61,004 bases of DNA, filler included, from 5 parts of 5 records of this genome joined end to end with filler, not necessarily neighbours in it; one strand, 5' to 3'; positions 9,203 through 21,836 are shown, counted from the whole stretch's first letter. The notes: a model not told the origin generated them from the letters alone. Numbers and translations: made by a program.

Positions 9203-9730
9203 CTACTCCTGCGTGAGTGGCGCCCTGAAAGTCAGAAAACTGCCCGCGCCATTGCCCCAGTCAGGGTGAACCACGTGAAAGATGCCCCATCTCTCGGGTG
9301 AAGAACGGCGTCCCTTGAACCACCCTTTGGTGAGGGCTTCATAGCCCATCTTAGCCTTGGGATCATAAACCAGCTGTGGGAAATCAAGGCTGACAATCTC
9401 CTCAGTGAGCGATAGAAGGGCCTCCGCATCTTGGTATAGAAGGGGGCGCGGAGCGAAAGTGGAAATCTCACAGCGTCGCTTTTCGCGTTCTAACAAGCTC
9501 ATGGATTGAGGATCGATCCAAGCTCGCCCATCCAAAATGTCATGTGTTCTCGCCAGCCCCGACAGCAGCGCGTCGGGACTGGCTCCGGTCAGTATGGGCG
9601 CAAGACAGATGCCATAAAACAGTTCGGCAATACGTTCCGCGCGTGATTGCTTTGGCCAGATCTGCGATGCCACGCCAAGCCCCGTCGCAAAACCTGCGAC
9701 GATGATCCCGAACAGAATGCGTTTCTTCAA
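9203..9730 (-). CDS. Hypothetical protein with N-terminal signal/anchor
   Basis: 175-aa ORF filling the intergenic gap; MKKRILFGIIVAGF N-terminus; TTG start; no family recognised. Confidence 0.6.
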   Translation of the reverse strand: MKKRILFGIIVAGFATGLGVASQIWPKQSRAERIAELFYGICLAPILTGASPDALLSGLARTHDILDGRAWIDPQSMSLLEREKRRCEISTFAPRPLLYQDAEALLSLTEEIVSLDFPQLVYDPKAKMGYEALTKGWFKGRRSSPERWGIFHVVHPDWGNGAGSFLTFRAPLTQE

Positions 9731-9784
9731 AACACAGCCCCAAATATCCGCCGGTGACCTGTCTCTGCCGCCGGTGCGCTTGCC

Positions 9785-10105
9785 TCAGCTCATCAACAAC
9801 TCGCCCACAAGGATCTGCGGGCGGATGTTGGTGAAATTGGCCACATCATCAATGATCACGCCGCCCTTGTCCCCCATGGCCGTGTCGAGGGCCTCCTGAT
9901 CGGGAAAGGTGATCGTGGCGATCAACAGGTACGGCGGAGGCACATCCGGGCCACCGGCCAGCCCGCGCGAGGCCTCGACCGTTTCCATCAGATCGCCCCA
10001 GTGTTCCTCGATCAGAGGCAGATGAGTCTCGGTGTAATAATCATAGTCAAACGTCGCCTCATCGGAGGCGGGGTAAAGCACTTGCAGGCTGATGGTCATT
10101 GGCAT
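9785..10105 (-). CDS. EthD family reductase
   Basis: VLYP...FDYDYYTETHLPL...DDVANFTNIRP; AGGAG upstream. Confidence 0.85.
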   Translation of the reverse strand: MPMTISLQVLYPASDEATFDYDYYTETHLPLIEEHWGDLMETVEASRGLAGGPDVPPPYLLIATITFPDQEALDTAMGDKGGVIIDDVANFTNIRPQILVGELLMS

Positions 10106-10126
10106 GTCTCCTGAGTAGGACGCAAA

Positions 10127-10148
10127 CGGCCCGCCAATAGGCGGGCCG
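10127..10148 (-). terminator. GC hairpin downstream of lpdA
   Basis: CGGCCCGCC-AATA-GGCGGGCCG followed by only a short T run on the minus strand. Confidence 0.45.
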
Positions 10149-10188
10149 CTGGTGATGGACGCGCCGGGGCGCGTTGCCCGAGTTGGGC

Positions 10189-11273
10189 TTAACTGTGGAT
10201 CGCGCCGTCGCCGCAGGCAAGGGCGGCTTCGCGTACGGCCTCGGAATAGGTCGGGTGTGCGTGGCAGGTCAGGGCCAGATCCTCGGCAGAGGCGCCGAAT
10301 TCCATCGCTACGCAGATCTCGTGGATCAGGTCGCCGGCGCCGGGGCCGATGATCGCTGCGCCCAGAATCCGGTCGGTTTCCTTGTCCGCGATCAGTTTGA
10401 CAAAACCGCCCTCGGCCTGATGCACGGCCTTGGCGCGTGCGTTGCCCATGAACATGAACTTGCCGGTCTTGATCTTGCGGCCCTCGGCCTTCAGCGCGTC
10501 CTCGGTGGCACCCACGGTGGCCACTTCCGGCGTGGTGTAGATCACACCCGGAATGACGCCATAGTTCACATGGCCATGCTTGCCCGCGATCACCTCGGCG
10601 ACGGCCATGCCCTCGTCCTCGGCCTTATGCGCCAGCATCGGGCCCTCGATGACGTCGCCGATGGCATAGACGCCTTTGATATTGGTGGCCCATTGCGCGT
10701 CGGTGGCGATCTGGCCGCGCTCGGTCATCTTCACACCCAGCGCATCAAGGCCGAGGCCCTCGGCATAGGGTTTGCGACCCGTGGCAACCAGCACCACATC
10801 AGCGTCGAGAGTCTCTTCCTCGCCACCCTTTTTCAGCTGGTACTTGACCTTGCCCTTGGTCTTGGTGGTCTCGACGCCCTGCACGGCGGCGCCCATGATG
10901 AAGTTGAGACCCTGCTTTTCCAGGATGCGCTTGAAGCCGCGCTGGACGTCCTTGTCCATGCCGGGGCAGACCGCGTCCATATATTCGACCACGGTGACCT
11001 CGGCGCCGAGGCGCGCGTAGACCGAGCCCAGCTCCAGACCGATGACACCTGCGCCGATGACGACCATTTTCTTTGGCACCTTGGGCAGCTCCAGCGCGCC
11101 GGTGCTGTCGACCACGATGCCCTTGGCGTTGTCCACCTCGACACCCGGCAGGGCGGAAGGAACGGAGCCGGAGGCGATCACGATGTTCTTGGCCTCATGG
11201 GTGTCGTCGCCGACCTTGACCTTGCCCGCCTCGGGGATCGAGGCCCAGCCTTTCAGCCAGTCGATCTTGTTCT
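10189..11273 (-). CDS. lpdA: Dihydrolipoamide dehydrogenase (5' truncated at contig end)
   Basis: [22 protein letters not shown] and HAHPTYSE motifs; frame stays open to the spacer. Confidence 0.95.
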
Positions 11274-11373
11274 NNNNNNNNNNNNNNNNNNNNNNNNNNN
11301 NNNNNNNNNNNNNNNNNTTAATTAATTAANNNNNNNNNNNNNNNNNNNNNNNNNNNNNNNNNNNNNNNNNNNN
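11274..11373. other. Artificial contig spacer
   Basis: N44-TTAATTAATTAA-N44, giving stop codons in all six frames. Confidence 0.98.
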
Positions 11374-11531
11374 GCATCGACGGCATGCAGTGGCCGGAAG
11401 GATTGGGCGAGCACCTTGCAGCAGCCTTTGCGCCTGAAACAGAAGCGTTGCGTCTAGCTGCCAAGGAAGGATCGGGGCTGCACAGCATCGGGTTCCGTAA
11501 ACGTGGCGCGGAGTCGTCTCCTGCCACCGAG
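11374..11531 (+). CDS. Putative exon fragment (IDGMQWPEGLGEHLAAAFAPETEALRLAAKEG...PATE)
   Basis: Open, protein-like frame ending at a GAG|GTACGC donor. Confidence 0.4.
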
Positions 11532-14500
11532 GTACGCGACTTGCGCCTGTGCTACGCGCGTAGCTTCTCTGTGCTCCTATTCTCATTGCGCACCGGCGCG
11601 AGAGTCTCGCGTATCGCAAGTGCGCCTACAACGTCCAACAAACATCTCTGCGATTCGTCGGGTTTTTTTTTCGGCACAACTGGCGATGGTCATGCACTGC
11701 ACTCGCAGTGCGCTAGCGCTGAAACTTGCGCACCGAACTCGCTGCGCATGGCTGCTTCGTTTGGTCTGTCGTTTGCGATCTTGGGGCGGCCTTTGCAAGT
11801 GTGAATACTGCGCAATGATTCCGTTCGCTGCCCCATTTTCCTCTCTGCAAACTCTGCGGACGCGTAGCGCACCGGGGGTCACGCAGTAGCCACAGCGGTC
11901 GGCAGCACTGCGCTAACCCCCTGCTGACGCCGTCGCGGGTTTTGTTCGGCCTGCTTATCCACCAACTGTGGGAGGCAACTTCTCTAGCAAACCAAGCACC
12001 ATACGTACCTCAACAGTCGAGCGCTGCTTACTCGCGGTCCAAGTGTGAGTGCTTCATGCCGTAGCGCGCGTGCATTAGCTGACTCGCTGCGCCATGGCTT
12101 GGGCGCAATGTCGCGGCGCTGCACGCGATTGCAGCGCGCTACGCCCCTGCGCCCCTACGCCCCTACCCGAACAATACGCGATGCCCCACTCTACATGAAC
12201 TGAGACAAAAACAAATCTCCTGTTGTTTCTATCCAGACACCCCCTACGAAACGTGCGCGGACAGAGCAACCCAGCGGGAATATCTTGGACACGCTGTTCC
12301 GAAAAACCAAGGCAAAGCCCCATCTGTACTGGCTCCCCGTGCCCGATGACGTCGTCGCACGTCGCAAGGAGGCTGCCGCCCAAACTGGCTCGGTGCGCGC
12401 GTAGTCAGAATCGCGCGTGCATTGCTTTCTTTGCCGTGACCGACGGCCCAAAGTGTGCGCAGAGTCGTCAATGTCTGTGTTTTTCATCAGGATAAATGCG
12501 AGAAACGAAAGGAATACTCTGCTCCTGTACCGTGCGTTTGTGCTTGCGTCTCGGCAACTGCGGAGAGCGTGGCTGCACACGACTTCAACGTTCATGATGC
12601 ATCCCAAGGCCCACTCGATGCTTTGACCCGGCTTGTATCGCTACACACTATAGTGCGACTGCACAAGCAAAAAGGCGGTGCGCTCCTGTGCAAGGCATGA
12701 CATTTATGCACTCGTCCATCTTGCACGCAGTGTAAAGCGCTGCGCTACAGCAGTGGCGCTGCACGTAGGATTGTCGTCCGTGGGCCTGCTCGCTACGCGA
12801 CGCAAGAAGCGCTGCAGTAGCCGGGCAAGGCTCGGCCGATACACCCTATGTTATGAAGTACATAGCACACGCATCTTACATAACAGCGCAGCATACACGC
12901 CGCGAAGAGCCAGCGGCTCCCTTCTTTTGCGACGACTTTGTTGACTGCGCGTTGCTCTGCATGCCCGGAGGAGAAAAAATCGCGCGCAGTCGTATTGCTC
13001 GTCAGAACTTTGAACCCCCTTGCCAAAGAAGTGGCAGACGTATGTACTCCAGGTATAATGAAATCATGCATGTGTGAAACTGAGCGCAACCCTAATGCAA
13101 GGGGGTAAATTTTCGCTCTGTTGCGGCTTCATGGTGTGCTGGTGCGGTCAGAACCGTGCATGTGAAATCTTGAGAGCCCCCGCCCCCGCGCATGCCAGCG
13201 CTTGCGCACAAGTGCGAGGACGCTACTGAACCAGTGCGCACCCACTTGGAAGCACCGGTCTCGTGAAATATCGTGCATCCTCTCTTGTAACGTTCTGACG
13301 AATAAACAAAGGGTTATTACAAAGACAATAAGCTCAACGGGCAAGATGCGGGGGCCCAAACAGAAGCACCGGCGCCACAGCAGCACATTGTGCGCTTCTC
13401 GCAATGCCTCTGGTCTGCAGCTTGAGAGAATTTGGTGTTGCTTTCACTATTAAAGAGTCCCAAAGGCTGGTACGAAACGCATACCCCCAAAGTAAAAACC
13501 CGTAGTTTTACTGGGCAAGGCATTTCTTTCCTGCTACAGATGCAACGCCGCACTTCGCTGTCAAGGAGTGAGCACCGTCGCCTAGCCGTCGCGAGTTCCG
13601 CCCATGAACTTGGTAACGAATCCCAGACTGCTTCCTCCTCCTGCCTGCCCACACTTAGAGATTGCTGTGACTTGCGTCTCCGCATAAGCTTTCTGTCTCT
13701 ACTATCTATTCACGAAGTGTGGTTTGCAGGACACACAGCGTGAATACACCCCCTCACCCGATAGGAGGCACGAGTAGAGGGGAAATCCTCACTACGCTCC
13801 TCGCATACCAGGGGGGGACTCTTCAGCCAATGCACATCGCGGGGAACCTCGGATGCAATACTGCCCCTTTAACACACTGTTCCTTTTTCTACATCAAATA
13901 ATAATTATCTTGCACAAGCTCTCTGGGCCCTTTTCTCACCTCGCACTGGTTCACATCCCGAGGCGCACTTCTCGGACGCGGCACGAGCACAGAACTGCTT
14001 GAGAAACAGGCACTCCCTTTCTATCGTCAACGTGCTCTCTGAGCAAGCAACTTTAAAATTCACAAATGCATCTGTCCACTTCCAGAGAGGCACAACCCGC
14101 TATTGTGCACACAAACGTCGCAAAAATAGGTTTGCCCGCAAAGACGTGCGACTGAACTGTCCGTACCGAGACGTCGTCGCCCACGTCGAAACGCTGCTGC
14201 GAGCGCCTTGTCAGAGGCTCTTTCAGTCCACCCTGCTCGCGGCTCGCCTTTTCATCCGAGCTCAGCAATGCCGCTATATCTCCAGGCGAGGTAATCCCAG
14301 AATCCTCCATGGGAGTCCCGTAGACGGAGCTGCCGGTGGACGCCGGAGTCCTCACGGGCGTGCCGAGCGGCCCAGAAGTCGCCGGGAAGGACTCCTGCTG
14401 GCAGAACGGCAACGCAGGAATCGACGCGGCGCCCCAATTAGCGAGGCGCAATTGCAAGCAGGTTTCGCACATGCACTACATTGTGACGATCCCAACGTTG

Positions 14501-16412
14501 TACAAGCAGGCTCTAAGACAGCTGGTTTATTCGAACAAGTTTACATAAGATGTGGTTCGTTCTGGAATATGCATGAAGATAGAAATATGCCGTGGCGCCG
14601 TGCTATAGCGCCGGGGATCATTTTCGTGCGCGCAGGGCCTCAGTCGTGCCACGAGTTCCGATGCACGCTGTTGCTGGAAGGAGAGGCGCGGTAGACTCCG
14701 AGAGCACGCTCCTATTTGAAACACTTTGCTACTTTAGCGGACCCCGTAGTTAATATTGCATCGTTTGCCGCAGAGCTCTTCCCACGCCATGGTAGGTGGG
14801 GGCTTTCAAGTGCTCAGCAAACGCAGAAGTTGGATTGTGTTGCAAAACTCTGATCAGCACTCTGCTCCAGCACGTACGCATAGCACTCGGCACTGTGAGC
14901 AACCGTGCCTGCACCCACGACTCCCCGTTACAATTGGTCCTGTGTCCCTCACACAACGCTATATGAACTACGAACACGTGCTGAACTCAAAATTTGGAAT
15001 TTCTGAGTATTCATACAACCAAAACAAAGAGCATGGCAACACGGGCAAGCTACCACAGCTCGCCCGGGGAGCTGCGCCTACGACCGCGTGCGTGCACAGG
15101 AGCAGCTACCGGGGGTGCACCGCTGCCGTGCGTTCCTTGCGAACCGGCTTTCAGCCACGGCCATTGGACCGCTTTACACGGCACCGTGATATGTCTCCTC
15201 AGCCGCGCCGGATCTGAGCGATTCCGTATCTTTTCGCCCACCCAACGCATCGCTACACGCGTGCTGCTGCGAGCGCTGCCGCGAGGGTTTCAGCGCGTAC
15301 ACCGAGTGGCAGTGCCACGGTGTGCGACGCATTGCTCAGAGTAGTCCTATCCACAGCGTTGCACCACGTCGGAGTTGCAGCAACGGAATGATTGGGCGGC
15401 ACTCACCACACACCCGACTGCAAATGTACAGCAAAACCACGTTGCTGACGGTGAAAAGCAACAAGAAAGCCGCTACAGAGGAGGATCTTGCAACAGCGCT
15501 CTTGACACACTTCTCTACGAGCACATACGAACACTATCCGTGATATAATAGAGCATCTCTTAGTGAAAAGGTCTCGCAAAAATCAGCTTCGGAAGCGTGG
15601 AGTCACAAGATTTGGCTATACCACCCCTTGGAACCGACGAGTAAACCAAAGGGGGAGTGGAGCCCGGTTGTGGAGAAGCTCGGGAGCTCGCGACGCGCTC
15701 ACCGCTTTTGCTTGGCCAACCCCCCGGCTGCTTAGCGCGTGAGGTGAGCGCGCACTAGCGCCTTCACTATATATCAGCATAAGAGGAAGGAGCAGTGTCC
15801 ACCCTTGCACATCAGACACCTAATTCATCGGTAACAAAAGTAAACGCTTGCGGGCGAGCACACCACCAATCTCTCGCGGTGGGCGGCGCCACCTCGTTGC
15901 ACAGCACTTGGCGCGTTGCAAAATATGCGAGGCGAACCCCCGTGACACGCGCACGATGAACACGTGCTAGTCCATTATCGCGCACAGAGACTGCGTTTGC
16001 GAAGAATAAATCAACGCCTATTACGATCGTGGCCATTTCATGCACCCGAACCCGTTTATAAAAAGATAGTAAAATCCTCCCCTTTTCAATGCGCCTTCTG
16101 TCCAACCCATTGCCAACGAGACGCTTGCTGCGCAGTGAGCTACGTATGTGCGGAGCGCCCATAAACGCTGCCGGAGCGCGCACAACAAGCCCCTCTGCTC
16201 GCTACCTATTCGTGCATGATTAGAGACATAAACGTCCGACACCGGTAATAAAGATCTCATGTGCTATTATTAATGCTGTATTGCAGCAATTCGATCAATC
16301 GTGCGCGCAAACCTGGTATCTAACAGGAGAACCTGCTCCTCAACGGCAGGCGCAACTACGAAAGCAAACGCGGCGCTAGCCCTCCTGTTCCCGCCTCGCG
16401 CCTGTGCCATAC

Positions 16413-16613
16413 CTTGGTGCGGGGTGGCGGGCTCGCCTCGCGAGTTGTCGACACGTCCTGGTGAGTCCCATTTGCAACCAGGTCCTCAGGAACACTTGCG
16501 GTCGCTACTACCTTGGAGTCAGGCACAGCTTCGTTTCCATCCTTATGCGAGGCGCCGTTGCGGTTCTTTCGGCGCCGCTGGTTGTTGCGGCGGCGTCCTC
16601 GTTTTTGGGCCAT
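16413..16613 (-). CDS. Putative first coding exon of a minus-strand eukaryotic gene (MAQKRGRRRNNQRRRKNRNG...PPPRTK)
   Basis: ATG 16613, 67 codons, ends at AAG|GTATGG; basic NLS-like N-terminus. Confidence 0.45.
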
Positions 16614-18055
16614 GCGTCGGACTCTTCTCGGGCAAGCGTGCTCAGCACGTTTGCGCAAGAAAGGAATGCAAGGCACGGCGCTCCGGGCAAGTGCGTAGCT
16701 AGGGTCACTTTGGAGAGAGGTCTTACGCCTACGCGGAGGCAGTCGGGGGCCGAGAACCAATGATGTTCAGGGGACAAGGGCTGCCTGCGGCAGGCGCGGA
16801 GGAGCGTGAAACAGCGGCACCACCAGAGAGACTGCGCTTCGGGGCGCGGCTGCATTCCTGCAAGCGCGTCGAATGGAGCGCCCTTGTTCCGATGTGAAAG
16901 GAAGTGTAGCTTTACCTTGCACAACGGTTTGCAATCATCAAGACTGCGCGTACTCCTATAATCTTTGTCCACTGTGCCTGCATTTCTTGGACACAGGAGC
17001 AGGCCACCGCAGGGAGCGCACAACCCCGCGCGCTGCAAGACATTGCGACCCTACAACGCCCGCTGTCGATGGTGCAAAAGCATGCTTCGCTGCCGATGTC
17101 CATTCTTTGGTTTCTCCTTGTAAGATTTCAAGCATTCCGATCTTGCACTTCTGTTGATAGCTTCCAGAGACTGCATCCGAATCACGTTTCCAGAGACGGC
17201 AACGAACTTTGCGCTCTGCCATCGGCACGCCCAGCGCCTTGGATAGATCTCATTTTGCGGTTAGGCCCAGGGCTGCGATATGGTTACTGTCTGCGGAAAT
17301 CTGCAGCGCCGCCGGACTCGCGAGATCAGTTTGCTGCGCGGCCCGCTCACGCGCCGCGCAGCAAACTTTCGCACAGCGGGCGCGAAAGGTGCTTTGCTGC
17401 TCTTTTGCACATTGCATGTTCCGCCAGAAATCCAAACATTTGGTGGAGCACTATATTTGTGTTTTGTTGAAAAACTGTGCAAGGTCCGTGCCCTTGAGGT
17501 TGAGCTGTCACTCGTCTCCTTGCATCGCTCTGCATACGAGAAGCGACTGCCACCGGTTGCTTTCGGCGTGTCGCATCGACGCTTCGGTGCGTCCGCGTTG
17601 CGCCGCCGGACGGCCCAATTTCCGCGATATGATATGCTCCTTCCAGTGACAAGGGCTTTCCTGATTCTTGGTTAAAATATGTGCATCGTGACATTTCTTA
17701 CCCGCCGTGGCACCCAGCCATATCGTGCGCGCGCGTGTCGGCGGCGTCGAAGCCGCGCGCTGGAGGCACCTCCTGCACGCGCACGCGTACGACCAAGTTT
17801 GGCCTGGCGCTGTCTCTGCGGGCCGGTTTCGGCGCATCAATGTGCGAATTGCAGCAGCCCTCTGTAGCGCCTTGTCCAACTGTCTTTCTCCAAACTTGAC
17901 ACATCATTATCTGAAGTACACGGAAACTCTCAACCTATTCCTTCGTGCGCGCAGGACCGAAGTGAGCAGGTGGCGCGCTCCCTCTGCCAGTCGTCGCTCG
18001 GTTGAAGTCTATCGGAGCTTCGCAACCAGAGGCCGACCGCACACTGTCGTGCAGC

Positions 18056-20176
18056 ATGCCGTCTGCAGCTCGCATTGCCGCTGCGTATCGTAGAATCGTT
18101 GATCGTGTAATTGAAGTATCTGAACGTCATCGCACGGTGTTCACAGTCGGTGGTACCATATTATCTGCAGGAGCAGCATGGGCTGGGTGCGTTTGACGAG
18201 TCCCGCGTTCGTGCAACGCTGCGGGGCGCTCTGCGCAAGCTGCTCGAGCTTGGCCTACTCCTTCTGTCCAGCGTAATAGCTTGTGCGCTGACGTACCCAG
18301 ATAGCAGAACGACCAACGCCAGCGCGCTGCGGCCCTAGACATTCGTCTGCAGATGCCTTGTCGCATAGTTAGGAGAGGCGTGCTTCGTACGTGTGCGTGC
18401 GACCACTGCCGTGTTTTGTGACCATAGGTTGCTGACACAGGGCACTGCGTCACCGCGCACGCCTACCCGAGTGCTCGCGTCCACGGTGTTCCTGCGTTTG
18501 ATTTTGCCTCCTAACGGGCCGCCATTGCGTCAAACTATGCGTTTGGGATGTCTTATCGATATATCTACCCAATAACGGAAACCAGGCTGACAATGCGACA
18601 GGTATGTGGCGCCATCGTGCTGTGTGCCGGTCGGCAATTCCGCACCGCTGCCTCTGTCTCCCCACTCGGCTGGTGCCGACCTGATATTGCCTGCTTTTTC
18701 GTCAGGCAATGCGGTGCGCATCAACTCGGCACCGCATGCATATGGGACGTACGTGTCAGAAACATACAGGCACAGCGATTGTATCCACTCACTGTTTCCC
18801 CTTGTGCTGCGTGCGATGTGCAGTATCACCAGCAGCGTCTCGAATCGGAGCTTCGCCGCCTGAACGAGCGCATCGAGACGGGCATGGGCAGCCCGGTGGA
18901 GCAAACGACAAGTGCGATGCCACGCGTCCTGATGCACCCCGTGGATGTACGTTTGCCCGACCGCATGTAGCGGTGTCTTGGAAGTGCCGCTCCATACAAT
19001 ATCTGAAGGAGTGCGAAGAAAAACGGTGGCAATGCACCGGGTGCCTTGTTGCACTGGGCCTCTGGCGATTCCTCGCTGCAGGCGATGATACTGGCGCGCC
19101 GCGTATGTTTGCGCCCAGTTGCGCGCAGCTCCGTAGTGACTCTGCAGCTGTGCGGCTACCAATGTGTTACCCAGGCGACAGACTTCCACGCAAAGCGCAT
19201 GAGCAAGTGCGGTAGCAATTGTTGAATGTTTCTACGAACAGAAAGGATACTTGAGAGATGGACGTTCCAAATGCTTAGGGAGATGCTAGTCGCACGCGAC
19301 TCAAGAATGCGCGTCTGGCTGCCGAGGCGGAAAAATGCAGGCCGCGAGTATACGCGCAAGACAGGCGCACAATGTTGTATACTGCTGTTGCAGGCTCGCG
19401 CGATCGATCGTGTGCAGATCGCTCTCCGCCCCTTCCTTACGCGAGTAGCAGCGGTGAGATCAAGAGGCGCACTAGCGTGCTCACTCTCACGAGTACGCGG
19501 ACACCTTGCGCGCGTCGTGTCCCGCCCAACTGCTGCCTTGTCTACGGTACAGGTGGTGAAAGAGTCTCTCCCGATTGCACTTGGATTCTTCGGCGCTGGG
19601 TTCATTTTCGGCCTGAGGTACGCGCACACACTCGGGTCGGGGCGCCATAGCTGCGAGTTGCGGCATAGCGGCCCGTCTCTCATCTTCGCTGCGCGCATGT
19701 TCGGTAGCATACCCGCCCCCGGAGAAAGAACGAATTGGCGTGTGTTAACACATGGTTGCTGCTTCCCATTTCAACGCGGTTCGTGGCGCCATAGCTGCGA
19801 GTCGCAGCATAGCAGCCCGTCTCTCATCTTCGCTGCGCGCCTGTTCGGTAGCTCCCTCAGGGCAAACAAATTGAAATATGCTGACACATGGTTGCCGCTG
19901 CCTCTTTCGGCCGCAATTTCCGTTCTGCAACGTTTCAGGCATGGTGCGAGGAGCGCACAGCGAACGAATGTTTCGCGCGCTGTGCGAGGCTCCCTTCCTC
20001 CAGCCGCTTCTGCGCGCACGAGCAACGCAAGCACACAGCAGCAGTTGTCGAAAGAAGAGATGCTTGCACGCTCGTCAGCGAAAAAGGGCGCAGTGTCGCA
20101 CGTGAGAAGACTTCGATCTTCTATGGTTTCTCGCCCGACGGGGGATGCAGCCCGCGATGCTGCACAGCGATCATGA
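18056..20176 (+). CDS. Spliced eukaryotic gene, about 189 aa, TM-coiled coil-TM protein. Exons 18056-18186, 18586-18601, 18824-18911, (optional 19082-19102), 19175-19206, 19553-19617, 19939-20176
   Basis: All introns GT-AG with consistent phases, giving ...TVFTVGGTILSAGAAWAG-LTMRQ-YHQQRLESELRRLNERIE...VVKESLPIALGFFGAGFIFGLR-HGARS...stop. Confidence 0.65.
19641..19852. repeat. Direct repeat, two 68-nt copies (19641-19708 and 19785-19852), period 144 nt
   Basis: GGCGCCATAGCTGCGAGT...GTTCGGTAGC in both copies, 4 mismatches. Confidence 0.9.
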
Positions 20177-21584
20177 GGGACTGTGCAGCGCGAACCTTGC
20201 TCGTGCTCGTCGCGTGACGGCTCTAATATGTAATTCAAAATGCATGGTGGGGAAAAGTGCAAGCGAGTTCCTGATCCACGAAGTGGGGTAGCGATCGCTT
20301 TTGACATCCCATCATCCCGAACCAAAGCGATTGCACGCAGCGCCAACCTCCGCCCCCCCCCCACACACACAATGTTGGGACGCGATGATAAGAATGTGCC
20401 CAGCTGTGCAATCGCGTGCAAGCAGTAATGCACCTTGTACGTATAGCAATAATCTGCATTCCCTTACTTGTCCATAGCGCTGGCGGTACTCTCCCCTTGG
20501 ATGCGGCGTCGAACAAATGCCAAATTGCCGGGGGCGTGCGGCCCTGGTCCGGCTTTGGTAGTGTATGGGGTAGTCCGATTGTCAAGATACTACTGATAAG
20601 CGCATGTACACCGATGCGGTATTCATGCCCTACGGCGACCTTCCTTGATTTGCCCAGTGAGTTGCACCTACTCCTCAGCAGGTTTGTGGACAGTTGTGGC
20701 TTGCAACGCCCGGCGCACGAGCACCTTGAGCAGGTACGCAGCGCGCGCGCTCCGCTTTTCACACCTTACAACACCCTGTCGCAACCTGCTACAGTAGGCT
20801 GTGGCGATCGCCCGTCAATCTACCACTGGGACCAAATACGCTTTCTTCGTATTTTTCAAGGTTCTCAATAGGCCAGGAAATAGTACGATACGAGCCACTT
20901 GCACCCGTGACCAGCACAGAAGGCTAACCCCACCTCAAATGGCTACCTTGAATGGTATCCGTCTTCTCGACTTCCTTGATCGTGGCTCGAACTTTGGGTC
21001 AAGTATCCAATCATGCATGCAAGATACAAAAAGACAAGGTATAAATGGCAACGGTAAGGCGCGCTCTGAAAAGGAGTTTACGTGTGGACGCCACGCAGAA
21101 ACCGACAGCCCGCACAAACATTGAAACGAGCGCGGCAGGTCGCTCTTCCTGAGAAAGGGGTTGAGGGTAGGGTTGAGACTATGAGAATGCTGCGGAACGG
21201 GAAGCCAGCGCTCGAGCGCAGCCGCAGTCCCCTAAGGCAGGCATGCTTCGCACAGGCCGCGCCTGTCCCGATGCGAGGGCCCCACGTTTGCACAAACAAA
21301 ACGCTCTTCTATATATTCGTTAGAAACGCAACGTGCCGTGGGCCTAACCAAGTGCCAAGTAAGCACGTAGTGCACTGGCTGCAGAGAGCAAAAGGAGCTC
21401 GATCGCTCTGCTCCTTACTTGGACCCTAGTTTGTCCATTTCCCCATTTTCTGGCTCGAGAGCTCCACAGCCCCCTCTTGGGCGCTGGCAGGGCCGAGCGC
21501 GGATTGGCTGGCGAATGCAGCGGATCTGCGGCGTCGCGAGCGCGCCCGCCGTGTGAGCGCCCCGGCCACAGTTGCGCTGCAGCC

Positions 21585-21717
21585 ATGACAGGCACCGAGA
21601 CGACAGGGCAGGGCTTGCCCGCCCCCTTGCAAAGCGGCATCGGGTTTTCTGCAGAAGATGAGGCGCGAGAAGAAGAAATGGTGACAGTCGATGAAGACGC
21701 AATGCGAGCGGAAGCTG
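21585..21717 (+). CDS. Putative first exon of a eukaryotic gene (MTGTETTGQG...DAMRAEA), gene truncated by contig end
   Basis: GCCATG context, acidic protein-like frame, G|GTGCGT donor. Confidence 0.45.
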
Positions 21718-21836
21718 GTGCGTTTGCCGGCGTACGAAAGCGGCCCCCCCAACGCACACACACGTCGCCGCACAGGCGCACTTTGCGCCCCATGCGCCGG
21801 GCATATTCCTGCACCGGGCTGCTCTGTCGGGGGTGC

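Noticed and set aside
11318-11329. TTAATTAATTAA as a CtrA site or biological repeat (also at the other three gaps)
   Set aside because: Identical, centred in fixed N runs and gives stops in six frames; it is an assembly linker.
13088-13095. AACCCTAA telomere-like or telo-box motif
   Set aside because: A single short copy, expected by chance.
19226-20176. 316-aa ORF with an internal peptide repeat as a single-exon gene
   Set aside because: Better explained as two exons plus introns of the spliced gene; the repeat lies within a GT-AG intron.
20596-21000. Possible further minus-strand exons (LRQGVVRCEKRSARAAYLLK, VQLTGQIKEGRRRA-stop)
   Set aside because: Splice sites are plausible, but I could not build a start-to-stop model or recognise a family.
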